DNA of 36,426 nt from Nemertoderma westbladi (GCA_032718475.1 JAUCBJ010008842.1:1-36426), one strand, 5' to 3'. Positions 23,078-35,690 are shown, counted from the stretch's first letter. A program made the numbers and translations. The notes: generated from the letters alone by a model not told the origin.

Positions 23078-23625
23078 TGTGACGGGATCCACGAAGGATC
23101 CCGATTTATCCGTTTGTCAATCTACGCGTCCCCGCCGTGTGTGAAAGGTAAAAGAGTTTGCATTGTTCGTCGTATATAATTTCCGGGTATAATAGATAGA
23201 TATAAATAGTATGTTGTAATGTAGAGACTGAATGTTGATATGTGGAAGGCGGGATACGGTGATTGAAGTCCCTGTACTTCCCTAGCTAAACTAACCTAAC
23301 TAACACCAATAACACACTGAGATAACTGAATAACTGATTGCTGGTACCTAATAATATATTGCACGGTTTGGCCTTGCTACAGTACCTAGCCGATGCTTCC
23401 CCCCCCCCCCTGATTGGCTAATATCCCTGTTGGCGCCCTTTGGAGTGTTCCCGTTCACTCCAGCTATTCTCCCTCTGTTAGGGGTTTGGCCCCTGACCCT
23501 TATTGTGCGTTTCTCCTTCCCACTTTGTTGGGGTGACACGAGTTATTGGTTACCCAATCTCGTGGCCCCCAATATTGCTTAACGGTTGACTTTGTGGGGT
23601 GTTAGCGGAATTGAATAAGCTAACA
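23078..23625 (-). repeat. 5' LTR (548 bp)
   Basis: tgtgacggg...gctaaca followed by the TSD aaacc. Confidence 0.95.
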
Positions 23626-24104
23626 AAACCATTAAGGCCGCGGATCCCATAGACGCCATTGCATCACCTTTACATGTTTCTTACGGTGTCCGCTGTTTAA
23701 AAATTTGTAAAAAGCGGATCCCGTTCATACAATTCAATTTCCTGATTGTTGAACAGTAGTAAAATACCGGTACCTAAAATTCTCGAATACTGTAGTTAGC
23801 AGTGTCTCTGTTAGAACGTATTCACGGTGAAACGTCGGTGATATTCGTGAAGAATCGTCTTCCTACTGTTACGGCGAATCGAGATCCATCTATGGCAAAT
23901 CTGAGGGTTCGGGGTAAGTCGTTACAGTTGCCCTTTCCGAAGCAGACGAAGTGAAGTCTAGAAGCCCTAATATGGAGAAGGTGGTACAACCTAGCTGACA
24001 AATAATGTATCTCGTAGGAACCTCAACGGGCTCGGGAAAAACAGGGAGGGAAAGAGTGTTGAGAAACACTAATATACAGCACAGCGTTTTACCGCGTTTT
24101 TTCC

Positions 24105-25157
24105 CATCTAAATGTCATTAAATGTTCTGCGTTGTTTACAATGTAAATGTCATTAAATGTTGTGCGTTTTTTCCAATGTAAATGTCATTAAATGTTTTGA
24201 GTTTTTTCCAATGTAAATGTCATTAAATGTTCTGCGTTTTTTCCAATGTAAATGTCATTAAATGTTCTGCGTTTTTTCCAATGTAAATGTCATTAAATGT
24301 TCTGCGTTTTTTCCAATGTAAATGTCATTAAATGTTCTGGGTTTTTTCCAATGTAAATGTCATTAAATGTTTTGAGTTTTTTCCAATGTAAATGTCATTA
24401 AATGTTCTGCGTTTTTTCCAATGTAAATGTCATTAAATGTTCTGCGTTTTTTCCAATGTAAATGTCATTAAATGTTCTGCGTTTTTTCCAATGTAAATGT
24501 CATTAAATGTTCTGCGTTTTTTCCAATGTAAATGTCATTAAATGTTCTGCGTTTTTTCCAATGTAAATGTCATTGAATGTTTTGAGTTTTTTCCAATGTA
24601 AATGTCATTAAATGTTCTGCGTTTTTTCCAATGTAAATGTCATTAAATGTTCTGCGTTTTTTCCAATGTAAATGTCATTAAATGTTTTGAGTTTTTTCCA
24701 ATGTAAATGTCATTAAATGTTCTGCGTTTTTTCCAATGTAAATGTCATTAAATGTTTTGAGTTTTTTCCAATGTAAATGTCATTAAATGTTCTGCGTTTT
24801 TTCCAATGTAAATGTCATTAAATGTTCTGCGTTTTTTCCAATGTAAATGTCATTAAATGTTCTGCGTTTTTTCCAATGTAAATGTCATTAAATGTTTTGA
24901 GTTTTTTCCAATGTAAATGTCATTAAATGTTCTGCGTTTTTTCCAATGTAAATGTCATTAAATGTTTTGAGTTTTTTCCAATGTAAATGTCATTAAATGT
25001 TCTGCGTTTTTTCCAATGTAAATGTCATTAAATGTTTTGAGTTTTTTCCAATGTAAATGTCATTAAATGTTCTGCGTTGTTTACAATGTAAATGTCATTA
25101 AATGTTCTGCGTTCTTTCCAATGTAAATGTCATTAAATATTTTGAGGTTTTTCCATG
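24105..25157. repeat. 35-bp minisatellite, about 30 copies
   Basis: Unit aatgtaaatgtcattaaatgtt(ctgc/ttga)gttttttcc. Confidence 0.97.
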
Positions 25158-25541
25158 GATTTTACTCAAATTGTTTGCAAACCATTTCTATTTCGATGAT
25201 CTTTCAACACATCTAATACAATTTAAGAAATTACACCGAAAATAATTTCACATTTTCTGCAGGGAAAAAATTTAAACCAATGCATTCCTATAGGTTACTT
25301 TTTTCTCAAGGTCAAATGTTTCAATTTTTCCCGATTATGGCCTATATACGGGCTAACAATTAACAATTTAAGAATGAATGCTAAGCATGAAAAAATAAAG
25401 AGCGGCTTAGAAAGGCAACGTATGAATATTCAGTAAATCCTTTTAGACAGCATTACGAATAATAACAACATAGAAATTTAAATATTATGTATAGATTCAT
25501 AAAATTGACCAAGTACTGTATATTCATACGATATTAGCTGG

Positions 25542-27084
25542 TCAGTTTTCTGGAGTGCCATAAAACCGAAGGGCTTTTTGACTCTTATTACTCATGTCAG
25601 GTTCACGTTGTTGTAGGGTTGTCTTTAGAATGGAATCAGGCTTGCATTGTTTCTGAGACCGGCTGTCATTGGCTGCTGCTTCTGTGGATATCAGCACTTC
25701 CTTTGGGTTCACTCGATTTATTGTAAGTCGTGAAAATGTCGTCAGTGATATTTTCACCGCACGCCGTAAGCTAAAACGCCATTTTGTTGGGTCCAACCCG
25801 CATTCCACTTCGCACACCACAAGTTGCAATAACTTTGACGTCAAACGAATCATGTTTAAACACCCTCCGAACAAACCCATGCAAATAATAAAGGCCATCG
25901 ACGTTGCCTGGTGATCGCTAAAATCTGTCATCACAAAGAATATATTAAACAACTTCTCCAATATATTCCCTTTCAATATGTTTAACAATTTGTTATTATC
26001 AGTGTTGGTACCGGTACCGTTTCTGAGGATTCTAGCGTCCTGCAACACTTTCGAATTGCGGGCGTTTTCGGCGTGAACGCTGAGCAAATCGTCCGGTGCT
26101 GGGTGAGCCGATTCCGGATGGCTGTAAATCTGTGTGAATATTGGAGCGGCTAAATGTGGGACCCTCGACGGGGAGTTTGGGACGATACTCTGGAAGGTGT
26201 CGGAGGACTTAGCAACTAAGTAGTAATTATCGAATGTATAAACATCGTTGTTAATTAGGAAATTCATTGCAGATACATCTTTGCATTTTTCGATATATGT
26301 TGGTCGGATTAGCAGACTGCCGTCTGTATCTAACTGACTGACGGTTTTCTTATCGTTATGAACGTGTTCTATTAAAGGGCGGCTCATACACTCCCCTTTG
26401 TATTTAAGCGAATCGAGAATCTTGTAGTCGGTAACTTCGGTACAACTGTGACTCGTAATGAGACCATGGCTGAACTGACCAGACATGTTAGGGTGAACGA
26501 AGGTCTGTAACATCTCCCGCGGAAAGACCCTGGCTAGTGCAGTCCAAACGACGGCGTTGTCCCGCTGCCGTAAACAATCTTCGAAAATCGCATCCCCGTA
26601 AAGTTTGCTCAGATAACTGGTGATGTTAGAGGATAAAACGTCGAAGGCCTCTTGTATAGTTGGACTTTTAGGGTCAGGAGAGGCAAGGGCACGCGGCATA
26701 ACGTATACAACATCATCTTTGTCTATCAGTGCTATTTGTTTCTTCTGATCAAGTTTAATCTCAGATAATATTTTGTCATCTCCTTCAACGACTTTTAAAT
26801 ATGAAGCGTGAATGTTCCACTTTAATTTTGGAATTTTCAGCCGCACAATTCTGCGATTTTTATTCCTGTTTTTGTCAAATAATTTGACCTCGTCATCAAT
26901 AGGCCTATCTTCAGACATTAGATTGGCATGATCATCTATCTCTGTTGTAGTTACCAATGCTATAAATTCTTCTAATCCTTTCTTCTCGTAGGTATGACTA
27001 TTTTTCGACTCCTTTTTATCCCAAACTATAATTTTCGAAGTGCCTTTCATTGTGATAATACAGCTGCTATGTTGATATTTACAC
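25542..27084 (-). CDS. Terminal coding exon of a gB/chuvirus G-like class III fusion glycoprotein gene
   Basis: Acceptor ttatcttccaaaacag|G TGT AAA. Encodes CKYQHSSC..IIVW, C..Q....VWTALARVFP, C..V, SLKYKGECMSRPLI, SQL, EKC, F.I....Y.F.NY (gB domain III/IV pattern: CYSRP, GQLG, EPC), then a hydrophobic segment (SMAFIICMGLFGGCL) and a tail. Confidence 0.85.
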
Positions 27085-27225
27085 CTGTTTTGGAAGATAA
27101 TTCGAATGCCAAATAATGATGAAATTAGAAAAAATTTGACTTAGGGTCGCATTTATCTTTTCAAGGCCTTATGCTTATTCTTAACAAGGAGAGAGATTCT
27201 TAACAAGGGGGGGGGGGGGGGGGGG

Positions 27226-27732
27226 GGATCTCCTAAAGGGACATCTCGTAAATTTTTTCCTACTTAATAAGTAGGGGTCCCGAGTTAATAAGTCGGGATT
27301 CCGAGATAGTAACTCGAGATCCCGAGATAATAAGTCGGGATCCCGAGATAATTTGAACAACATTGGTTGGCTGTTGTGTTGGTTGGATGGGTTGTTTTTC
27401 GCGGGATTTTTAAAAGTTAGTCCCTATAATGTTAAATGATGGGCCTACGCAATGCAGTAATATTATTATATTACAGTATTATAGCCTACCCTACATGCCT
27501 ACTTACACAGCAACTTTGTTTAGTGCATTACTGTTGTCTGAGACACAGACTGACAGTAATGGCCTATCTGACATGTAACTGTAAGCTTTTAAAAAGCCGC
27601 CAATCGAGCCAAACAAAACCCAGCCAATCAAATGTTGTACAAATTATCTCTGGATCCCTATGATCTATGTCGGGTGTCGGGATCCCGACTTATGTAGGGA
27701 AAAACATGGTGATATGTCCCTATAGGGGGTCC
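27226..27732. mobile_element. MITE-like element in an intron, with internal 21-bp repeats
   Basis: Imperfect TIRs ggatctcctaaagggacatctc / gatatgtccctatagggggtcc; tcgggatcccgagataataag repeats at ~27270-27350. Confidence 0.65.
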
Positions 27733-27789
27733 GATGCGCCCCAACTAGCCACTATAAAGCATTCGTGCCGAAACAAAACCTCTACTGAC

Positions 27790-27862
27790 TCACTTACGGG
27801 GATCAAACCCACAACTTCTGGGGAGATGTGATTTCAAGCTGAAACCACTTCGCCGAGGCTGG
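27790..27862 (-). mobile_element. Possible decayed tRNA-derived SINE head
   Basis: The - strand has an A-box-like cggcgaagtggt and a B-box-like gggtttgatcccc about 35 nt apart. Confidence 0.35.
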
Positions 27863-28065
27863 ACCTTCAATCATTTTGGTTGGGATGACTTGTAAAAAAC
27901 CTGGTCTTTTCTCAAATTATTGCTAACTGAAAATCGTTGGCCTCAGACAGCAATTGAATTTCAAATATTCCATTGCAAGTGACAGTACAAACATGCCCAC
28001 TGCACTGCTACTACAGAGCTACAGTATGTCAAACAAGCAACAACAATCCACTACAAACAGCTTAC

Positions 28066-28317
28066 CCGCCGTTGTTTCCAAGAAGATAACCATGAATATT
28101 AGTTGAGACCACCCAACTAGGAGGGAAGGACACCGCGTGCGCTACGCGGATGCGACAGTATTTCTCTGACTCATTCCCATTTGTGTCTAGGCAATGGGGC
28201 GTCATAAAAACATTTCCCTTTAGATAGTCGGTGTCTTGGAAGGGGCGGCGGTTTGCACCAGTTCCGCACCATTTCTGGGTCCCGGTATGATGCTGTAATT
28301 GACCCGCTGTTTTATCA
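28066..28317 (-). CDS. Internal 252-nt exon of the gB-like glycoprotein gene (absent from the ORF track)
   Basis: Acceptor ctttttgttcaattttacag|, donor GG|gtaagc, phase 2 at both ends, no stops: (S)DKTAGQLQHHTGTQKWCGTGANRRPFQDTDYLKGNVFMTPHCLDTNGNESEKYCRIRVAHAVSFPPSWVVSTNIHGYLLGNNG(G). Confidence 0.85.
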
Positions 28318-28537
28318 CTGTAAAATTGAACAAAAAGACATTTAAGTTATACACCCTGTAATTGATATTATAATTAAACATACTGTACTCCAACACTACA
28401 ATATAAGTTCAAATTACCGAAACAGAAATCATGATGACTATCTATCAATATTCTCCCGTGCTTAAAATAGTTATGATATTATAATTAAAGAAAGCATACT
28501 AATTCGAAAATGAGTATGAAATCAAAAAATTTCAGGA

Positions 28538-29880
28538 ATGAAAACAAATAAGTTGTTCCATTTTCCAAAGAAGGGCAACCTAACAATCTATGGATCTTTT
28601 CGTGGAATCTCATTGATCTCGATTGCTGCCAAGTTATACCATAGAATTATTTTACATAATATCAGGGATCCTGTTGATAGACTGTTATGTAGGAACCAAA
28701 ATGGCTTCCGTAAAGGTCGTAGGACCATGGAGTCTATTCTGGCACTTAGAAGGATAATCGAAGTCGAAGAGTTATCAATAAAGAAAGACAGACAATTGGC
28801 TGTTATCTTTGTTGACTTGTTTTAGACCTGCGATTCAGTCTCCGGGCCAAATATGTTCAGCAGCATACTTGCAGCATATGGGATTTCTAAGGAAATTATT
28901 GCAACTATCAGATCACTGTTCGATGGTTCCACCACATTTATACTGCTGATGGACACGGATCCATTCGAAGTACAGTATTATGGGGAGTCCTTCAGCGTGA
29001 CACCATTCTTATTCATTATTGTGGTCTTAATAAAGATGGGGTGATGGTGACACCCCTTACTGGCACAAGAGTAGAGGAAATCCCACAAAGTACCTTACTG
29101 ATCCTAGTCTCTGGTGATGACTTAGTAGGGGTACTGTCAGAATCACTAGAGGGAGCCTAAAGGCCCCTCTGCTCATTGGAGCAGGTTGCTTCTAGAGTTG
29201 TTCTACAGTATTTTTAAACTCCAAGAAGATCAACATTTTTACTGTGAACCTTGGCAGCCGTCAAGAAATGTCTCATCGAAAGTGCATAAGCTCCAAGGAT
29301 GGCTTTCTTGAGCATGTGGATGACTTCTGCTACTTGGAATCATGGATCATGGATCCTGAAGATCTTCAGATACGTAAGGGGAAGGCATGGTCAACATTGA
29401 ATAGATTGTCCAGGATTTGGAAGTCCCATAAAATACAACCGAATCGGTTATTTAGGGCACCAGTAGTACCAGTTTACTAATGTGGGAATCCATGCTGGGT
29501 TCTAAGTGCATATGACACCAAATATATCGTAATTGTATAGCACTTATACAAGAATGCTAGCCGGGTTCTTTGTATGAAGTACAATGAAAACAATCTCCAA
29601 ATCAGACTCTTTACAACTTTGGAGGTGTCTCATTGGTTCACCAAGCTTGACACTTGAACAGAGCCACATCCGCTTTGCAGTACATTTCTTTCGCCGTGAG
29701 GACCAACCAGTTCATAATCTTGTACTTTGGCAGCCTCATAGAGTGCATAAGCATGATGGACAGCCCATGACTTTCTTGAGACACACCTTAAAGGACACTG
29801 GCCTTGAAGATGCAGTTGATCTAGCAAATGTCATGGGTGACAGGGAGTTGTGGCGGCGTAATTTTGTCGTCAAGCCGGAA
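28538..29880 (+). mobile_element. Decayed 3' part (RT) of an RTE-clade LINE, intronic
   Basis: PKKGNL..FRGISLISIAAKLY..RNQNGFRKGR..ILALRRIIE, PFLFIIVV, VDDFCYLESWI; many stops and frameshifts. Confidence 0.85.
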
Positions 29881-30114
29881 CAGCATATAATTAATATATA
29901 TACTGTATAATGCAGCTGCAATGTAGTTTGTTGATAGTGGTACTGTAGTAGTTATTCGAAAATGCAGATCCAATCCATGTTTCTCTTCATTAAGTGGAAT
30001 TAATTTAGGGAAACGCAATGAGAGTATAAAAGTAACAACAAGCGCGATAATCTTTAACTTCATATTAATATATTAAAGTACGTAAAAACAATGAAATAAT
30101 TTCCCATGCATAAT

Positions 30115-31001
30115 TTCTAAACGTATTGATCTTTACACAAAATCATCATCAGTAATAATGTACAAAATTTAGCCTAAATGTTGCATAATGCAAGGTTTGA
30201 ATTTATAATGTTGGCGCCAAAAAAAAAAAACATAATAAAAAGACGATTCTAAGCTACTGTATAAATCGCTTAAAAAACTGTAAAAATATTTACTTTTATA
30301 GAAAGGGATGCGGTAGCTAATAATGTAGTAAATGTAAAAATCTAAAATTAATACTATCGATCGGTATGTATGAGTCACAAATCTGTGTATAGGTTCATGT
30401 TAGTGATGTGTGCGTTGTGTTTGATTAGGATAAACAAACTGTATCTATATTAGTGTGTGATAATTATAGAAGTTCTAGAGATATCGATTTAACTTTAGTA
30501 TTTAAAGTGGGTTTCACCACGCGAATTAGTATGTCTTCTTTGATATGAGATTCGAATTGAGTGTTAGAAGTAGCAAATATAATAAAGTTTTTAGTATCGG
30601 TTGGGTGGTCCTCTCCTCAGTAAGTGAATGTTCTAGAACGGCGGAGTAATTAACTGGGTTTACACGTTTGCCAATTAGAGGAGATGTTGCTGTATGTTCA
30701 CCGATGCGGGCATAAAAGTGTCGGGTAGTAAGTTTCACCGACATAGGAAGCTGGGCAGCTTCCACATTTGTATAAATATACTATATTGGACTGCAAGTGA
30801 GTCGGCATCTTATCCTAAGCTGAAAACATGCGACCAATCCTAAACGCCGGTTTAAACAGTACTTTTAGATCTGCGTATGGAAGGGAGATTTTAAATAGTT
30901 TGAGGAGTCGATTTTTAATGAGAGTAGAGTGGGTGCCATTGAAGAGTAGTACGATGACGAATTGGAGTTTGTTGCAAGTTTGTGTGGGAGGTTTATTGTT
31001 A
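30115..31001 (-). mobile_element. Penelope-like element, 3' part (linker, GIY-YIG endonuclease, 3' region), degenerate
   Basis: The - strand translates to ...KVLFKPAFRIGRMFSA*DKMPTHLQSNIVYLYKCGSCPASYVGET(fs)TRHFYARIGEH...SAVLEH. Confidence 0.8.
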
Positions 31002-33930
31002 CGGAAGAAAACTAAACAAACGCGGTTTAACTGGGACCGAGCAACGCCCCAACAGTTGTCAGATTATAACCAGAGTGTTAGTACCAAGTTAGAAGAGTTC
31101 TGGGCAACACAACATGCTAGCGCAACCTGGGAGGAGGCCAACTTGGAACCAGCGGCAGTCCAGCTTGAACAAATATTTCTCACAGCTTCATTAGAACATA
31201 TACCAATAAAAAAGAACAGGCGCCAAGGACACCAGCACCGAATAAAATCTGCCAATTTGGCCCAGCGGTCAAGGCAAACAAAACAGCTACACTCACTGTG
31301 GAAAAGAGCAGCACCTGACTGCGTCTTAAGTACAAAGTTAGAGGAATCATATAAGGAGTCCAAACGTGGGATCAGGCGACTCAAGAACTGGCTCCTCCGC
31401 AATAAAGAAACTCAAGAAGTGGAAAAAATCACTCAGCTGGAAAAGAAGGATCCACGAAATTTCTGGAGGAATATCAACCCAAGGGCCATGATTAGCCCGA
31501 ATAAGGATGTCGAAGAGAAACTAATTAAACAATATCAAGAAGCAGCACAGGCAGATGCAAACGAAAATCTTACACGGGAAGTGGAGCATAATATATCAGT
31601 GGCGTGCCAGCACAGTAACATTCCTTCGGTGTCCAAAGCTACAGTACGGAGGGCTATCCTAGCCATATCCCCAGGGAAAGCGCCAGATTTTGGATCTTTA
31701 GTAATAGAGCACATACTCCTAGTAAGTCTGGACATTGCTACAGACACAATAGCCATGCTATTGAATGCCTGTCTCAGACTGGGCAAGGTCCCCTCTTGCT
31801 TTGGCAGGACTGTAGTCACGAACATTTTCAAAGGAAAACAAAGGGATCCACTAAAAACCAACTCATTCAGGCCTATCGCCTCTATAAGCATTCTTTCCAA
31901 AGTGTTTGAGGCTGTGATTCTGTCAGAATACCTCATGGCACTTCCTAAACCCCGCTCGCAATTCGCCTATAGGAAAAGGTTGGGTACAGATATTGCACTA
32001 GCAGTAATCATGGAACAATTGGAGATGCAACGGGAAAATGGGAGGAATTCAATCCTGTGCAAGCTGGACATCAAGTCAGCATTCGACAGTGTCGAATTTC
32101 ATGTTCTCCATGACAAGCTACTGGAAGTATTAAATCCCCATATCTGTGCAGTCCTGCTTGACTACTATAGGAAAACAATGATTCATCTGAAATTTGGGGA
32201 GTTGGTTGAGTCCATTGGAATCAAGTTGACTCGTGGCCTCAAGCAAGGTTCATTAATCTCACCTGTACTATTCACCTTCTATATCGGATTCTTACCAGAT
32301 AAACTGAAGGAATCGGGATTCGGTCCAGGAAAACTGGCATCATACTCTCATCTCTTTTGTTACGCGGATGATCTATTTTTAACCGGGGAGTCAGTTAAGG
32401 ATCTAGAAGATATGATAGTGATAATCTCTCGTGAACTCGCACGTGTGGGTCTATCTGTGGAAGGCTCAAAGACAGAATGGACTTATATCCTAGGATCTGG
32501 ACGTAATGGTCAGGGGATTCCATGTTTTCTTAAAATAAATGGTGTACTTATACAGCCAACAAAGTCATTATCATTCCTTGGCGTCTCACTAAATATACAA
32601 AGGACCGCAGTATTGAAGGAACTCAAACGATATCTAACAATAATCTCAGAGACCTTCCACCAGAAGGGTTGGACCGCAAGGAGAATAAACCCGAGCACAC
32701 TCTTCGCTCTATGGAACACAGCGGCGGTCCCATCGCTACTGTACAAGATGAGATTCCTGGTGGGACGGCTAACTGACAAGGAACTGCGCGAACTTGACAT
32801 TTCCTATAGGAAGGTGCTGCGTGGACTGATGCACGTAAGCTGTTACGTGCCAAATGCTGTTTTGCACAAGATTACTAACACAACTCCAATCTCCGCTGTG
32901 ATCGCTTATGACAACATGTGCTGCTTGCAACGTGCCTGCAATGGTCCGAATGCCACAGAATGTAACTTTCTTGTCTGTCGATACCTTTCTCACTCAACAA
33001 TTAAATCCCATGGTGGTCTGAGCTCTTGTCAGCAAACTTGCAGCTCCCTGTATCCACTTCCAAGCGTAAGGTCTCTCTGCACGGCCAGGTATGACAGGAG
33101 ACAACTTAGGACACGGGTCGAGTCGGGATCACTTACAATCCCAGAATTGGGTGGGGTGAATTTCATTCAAAACTGCTTTAGGTGCAATGTTCCCTTTAGT
33201 ACCAAAAGAAGGCGGATCCAGCAATACTTTGACCGATAATTCGCTTTGTCTGACTATGATTTTATTTGGATTCTATCAATCTTAATCCATATCATATATA
33301 TAATAATATCAATCCCTATATCATCAATACATATACATAATATCAATCCATATTCTAATCACATACTTTATATTTTTAGCCAGCTGTTTTTATTGTGCAT
33401 TTGCGTGCATTTTTATTTACATTTACCCGGTATTGTCGCCTCGTGCGAATTAAATCAAATGATGATATTAGTTGATCTGGTATAGTTACAATTATACTAC
33501 AGTATGCTTATTGTATATGTTTATTATATACTTTGGTATCTTAGTCACTCTTGCAGTAGGCGTACTCCACATAAGCAGCTGATGGGAAATTCAATAAAAT
33601 CAATAAGGACCAGCTACTGTATCTTTCTTTTTAATATAGTATATTTAAACAATAATTTTATTTAAAGCACTTATTTTCAAAACCACTATAAGGTCTTTCG
33701 TTTAATCGATTTTACTTATTGCTATTTTACTGCAGAATTTGTCTTGAACACTCTATCATATACCTTACCCCGGCTGGGGGTGTATCTTTAAATATATATA
33801 TATCTCTCTACAATTGTGCAATATTTAACTGGATTATTTCACACATGTGTAATTAATGCGTGCACATTTTTTATCATGTTTCTTATTTTGTCGCTACATG
33901 CGAATTAAACAAAGAAATGAAAAAAATGAA
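31002..33930 (+). mobile_element. 5'-truncated non-LTR retrotransposon (RTE-X/L2-like RT) inserted into the Penelope-like element
   Basis: Open RT frame to 33239 (FRPIASISILSKVFE, SQFAYR, LDIKSAFD, GLKQGSLISPVLF, YADD, FLGV); no APE; A/aaatg-rich tail; apparent TSD tgtta (30997-31001 and 33931-33935). Confidence 0.85.
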
Positions 33931-34660
33931 TGTTATTCATATTATTTAGTAATTGTTCGGTGGCACCATTGAGTATGCTCTTTGGATAACCGTTGTTTTG
34001 AAACTTCTTGTGTAATTCTAAAAGGTTTCTGTGGAAAATTAACATGTTTGTACAAATGCGATACAGCCTATGTGAGTGTACAGTATAGACGAGAGTAAAT
34101 TTATAAGAAAACTGATGAAAGCTGTGAAAGCTAGTATGCAATCCTGTATTTATGGGTTTATGGTAAATGGTTGTGGTGATAGATAAATTATTGTTGATAG
34201 TAACAAGAACTTCCAAGAAAGGTATTTTAGAATCGGTTTCGTGTTCACATATGAAAGTTATATTAGGGTGCTGTTTGTTGAGGTAGTCTAAAAATAGTAA
34301 CGATTGTTCCTTAGAATCAAAGATCATGAAACAATCATTAATGTATCTTCTATATAATGTGGGTTTATTTGACGAAGGACAGTTGTTTATCCAGTTAGTT
34401 TCGTGGTAGGCCAAAAAGGCCTTGGCTAGTGCCGCTCATAGTGGTGAACACATAGCAACTACATCAATTACTGTAGCTTAAAAAGTTTGTTATTATAAAT
34501 GAATGTTTCATCATTAACCTTGTATTCAAGCAACCAACGGAGTTGTTGTGTCATCGTCGGTGGGAAATAATTGTTTAATGATAATGTCTCTATGGTTTCA
34601 TCGAGCGGGATGTTAGTAAATAAAGATTTAACATAAAAAATGCAAATGTGCATTCTTGTT
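33931..34660 (-). mobile_element. Penelope-like element, RT part, degenerate
   Basis: VKSLFTNIPLDETI, LYRRYINDCF, YLNKQHPNITF, IPFLEVLV, IYHKP..TG and NNGYPKS are PLE RT/thumb motifs. Confidence 0.85.
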
Positions 34661-34965
34661 AAATTTGAGTTTAGATAGAGCGTCAGTGAAGGAGAATGTG
34701 TCTGTGAGCGTGTGCGTGGGCGTGTAAGGGCTGGTAACGGCAGCTCAAAACGGCAGCTCAAAACCAAAACCTAGTAAATCTTTTAAATTTTCGAGATAAT
34801 CGAAATCGCGTTTAAAGTTTTTGGACTTTAAATTTGCTTTATATTTTGATGAGATTTGATGAGTTATAATTTTGGGTACATTTAAATGCATACTATCACT
34901 ATCTAGTAAAAATTCACAAACTCCATAAAAACACTATTCGCTAGTAAACTACGCACTAACTTCGG

Positions 34966-35690
34966 CTAGAGTTCCGTATGCAGTCGCATTTGATATTTTG
35001 ATATTAATTAATGAAATTATGTACAGGTACTTTTTGCATAGTAATATCACCACTGACATCATTGCAACATTTTTCAAAAGAAATATTGTGTTATAGAACT
35101 TTAGCTAATCGACTAGCTGGTAATTTTTAAAAACAAGATTTATTAAATATTAACATTTTGTACTAGCTAGATTTTGCTAATTTTTTTAAATGATTATACA
35201 GTAGAACACCAGAAGACCTGATGGCTATCAATTTTGAAAAATATTTTTGTTCTTGAACACAATTTTTATTTTTTATACTAGCTAGTTTTTTCTACTTTAT
35301 TTAGGCTAGATTTCCGTATAGCACTGCATTTTTAATATATAATTGTTACTATGGCAACGTTGAAGAGTTATAGAACAATAGAAAAGTATTATATACCGGT
35401 ACTATTCTAGAACATAAATAAACTAAAAAATCTAATGTTCTAGAACATATGGTTACTTTAAAAAATATACCTTGATTTCTTATTACCGGTAGCAAATGTT
35501 CTGAAATTAGCTATTATTTTCTTCTAGAACACAATATTTTTTTGAGAAATTTCTGTGAGGAAGTCAATGATGGTAATTTAGTTATACTGTAGTAGGGTTA
35601 TACAGTAGTTTAGGTAATTTAAAATAGTCATAATATATGCCTATATATTTCATAAAATGTTTTTAGAAAATGCGACTCCATACGGAACTG
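34966..35690. mobile_element. HINE/MITE-like repeat with a nested relative starting at 35306
   Basis: agttccgtatgcagtcgcattt (34970) is inverted with aaatgcgactccatacggaact (35668-35689); 35306-35450 matches 6921-7060. Confidence 0.65.

Larger units (their letters stand above)
11792..23625 (-). mobile_element. BEL/Pao LTR retrotransposon with an extra 3' ORF
   Basis: Direct TG...CA LTRs, 5-bp TSD aaacc (11787-11791 and 23626-23630), PPT, and Pao-type gag-PR-RT-RH-IN order. Confidence 0.95.

Noticed and set aside
25542-27050. gB-like ORF as the env gene of the neighbouring BEL/Pao element
   Set aside because: It lies outside both LTRs and the AAACC TSD, upstream of the 5' LTR, and is the last exon of a spliced gene.
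27048-27050. ATG at 27050 as the glycoprotein start
   Set aside because: No signal peptide follows; the frame and Cys motif continue to a splice acceptor at 27084/27085.
27795-27900. Additional glycoprotein exon (cag|...|gtgagt on the - strand)
   Set aside because: In-frame TGA in the required phase; the region looks like a SINE head.
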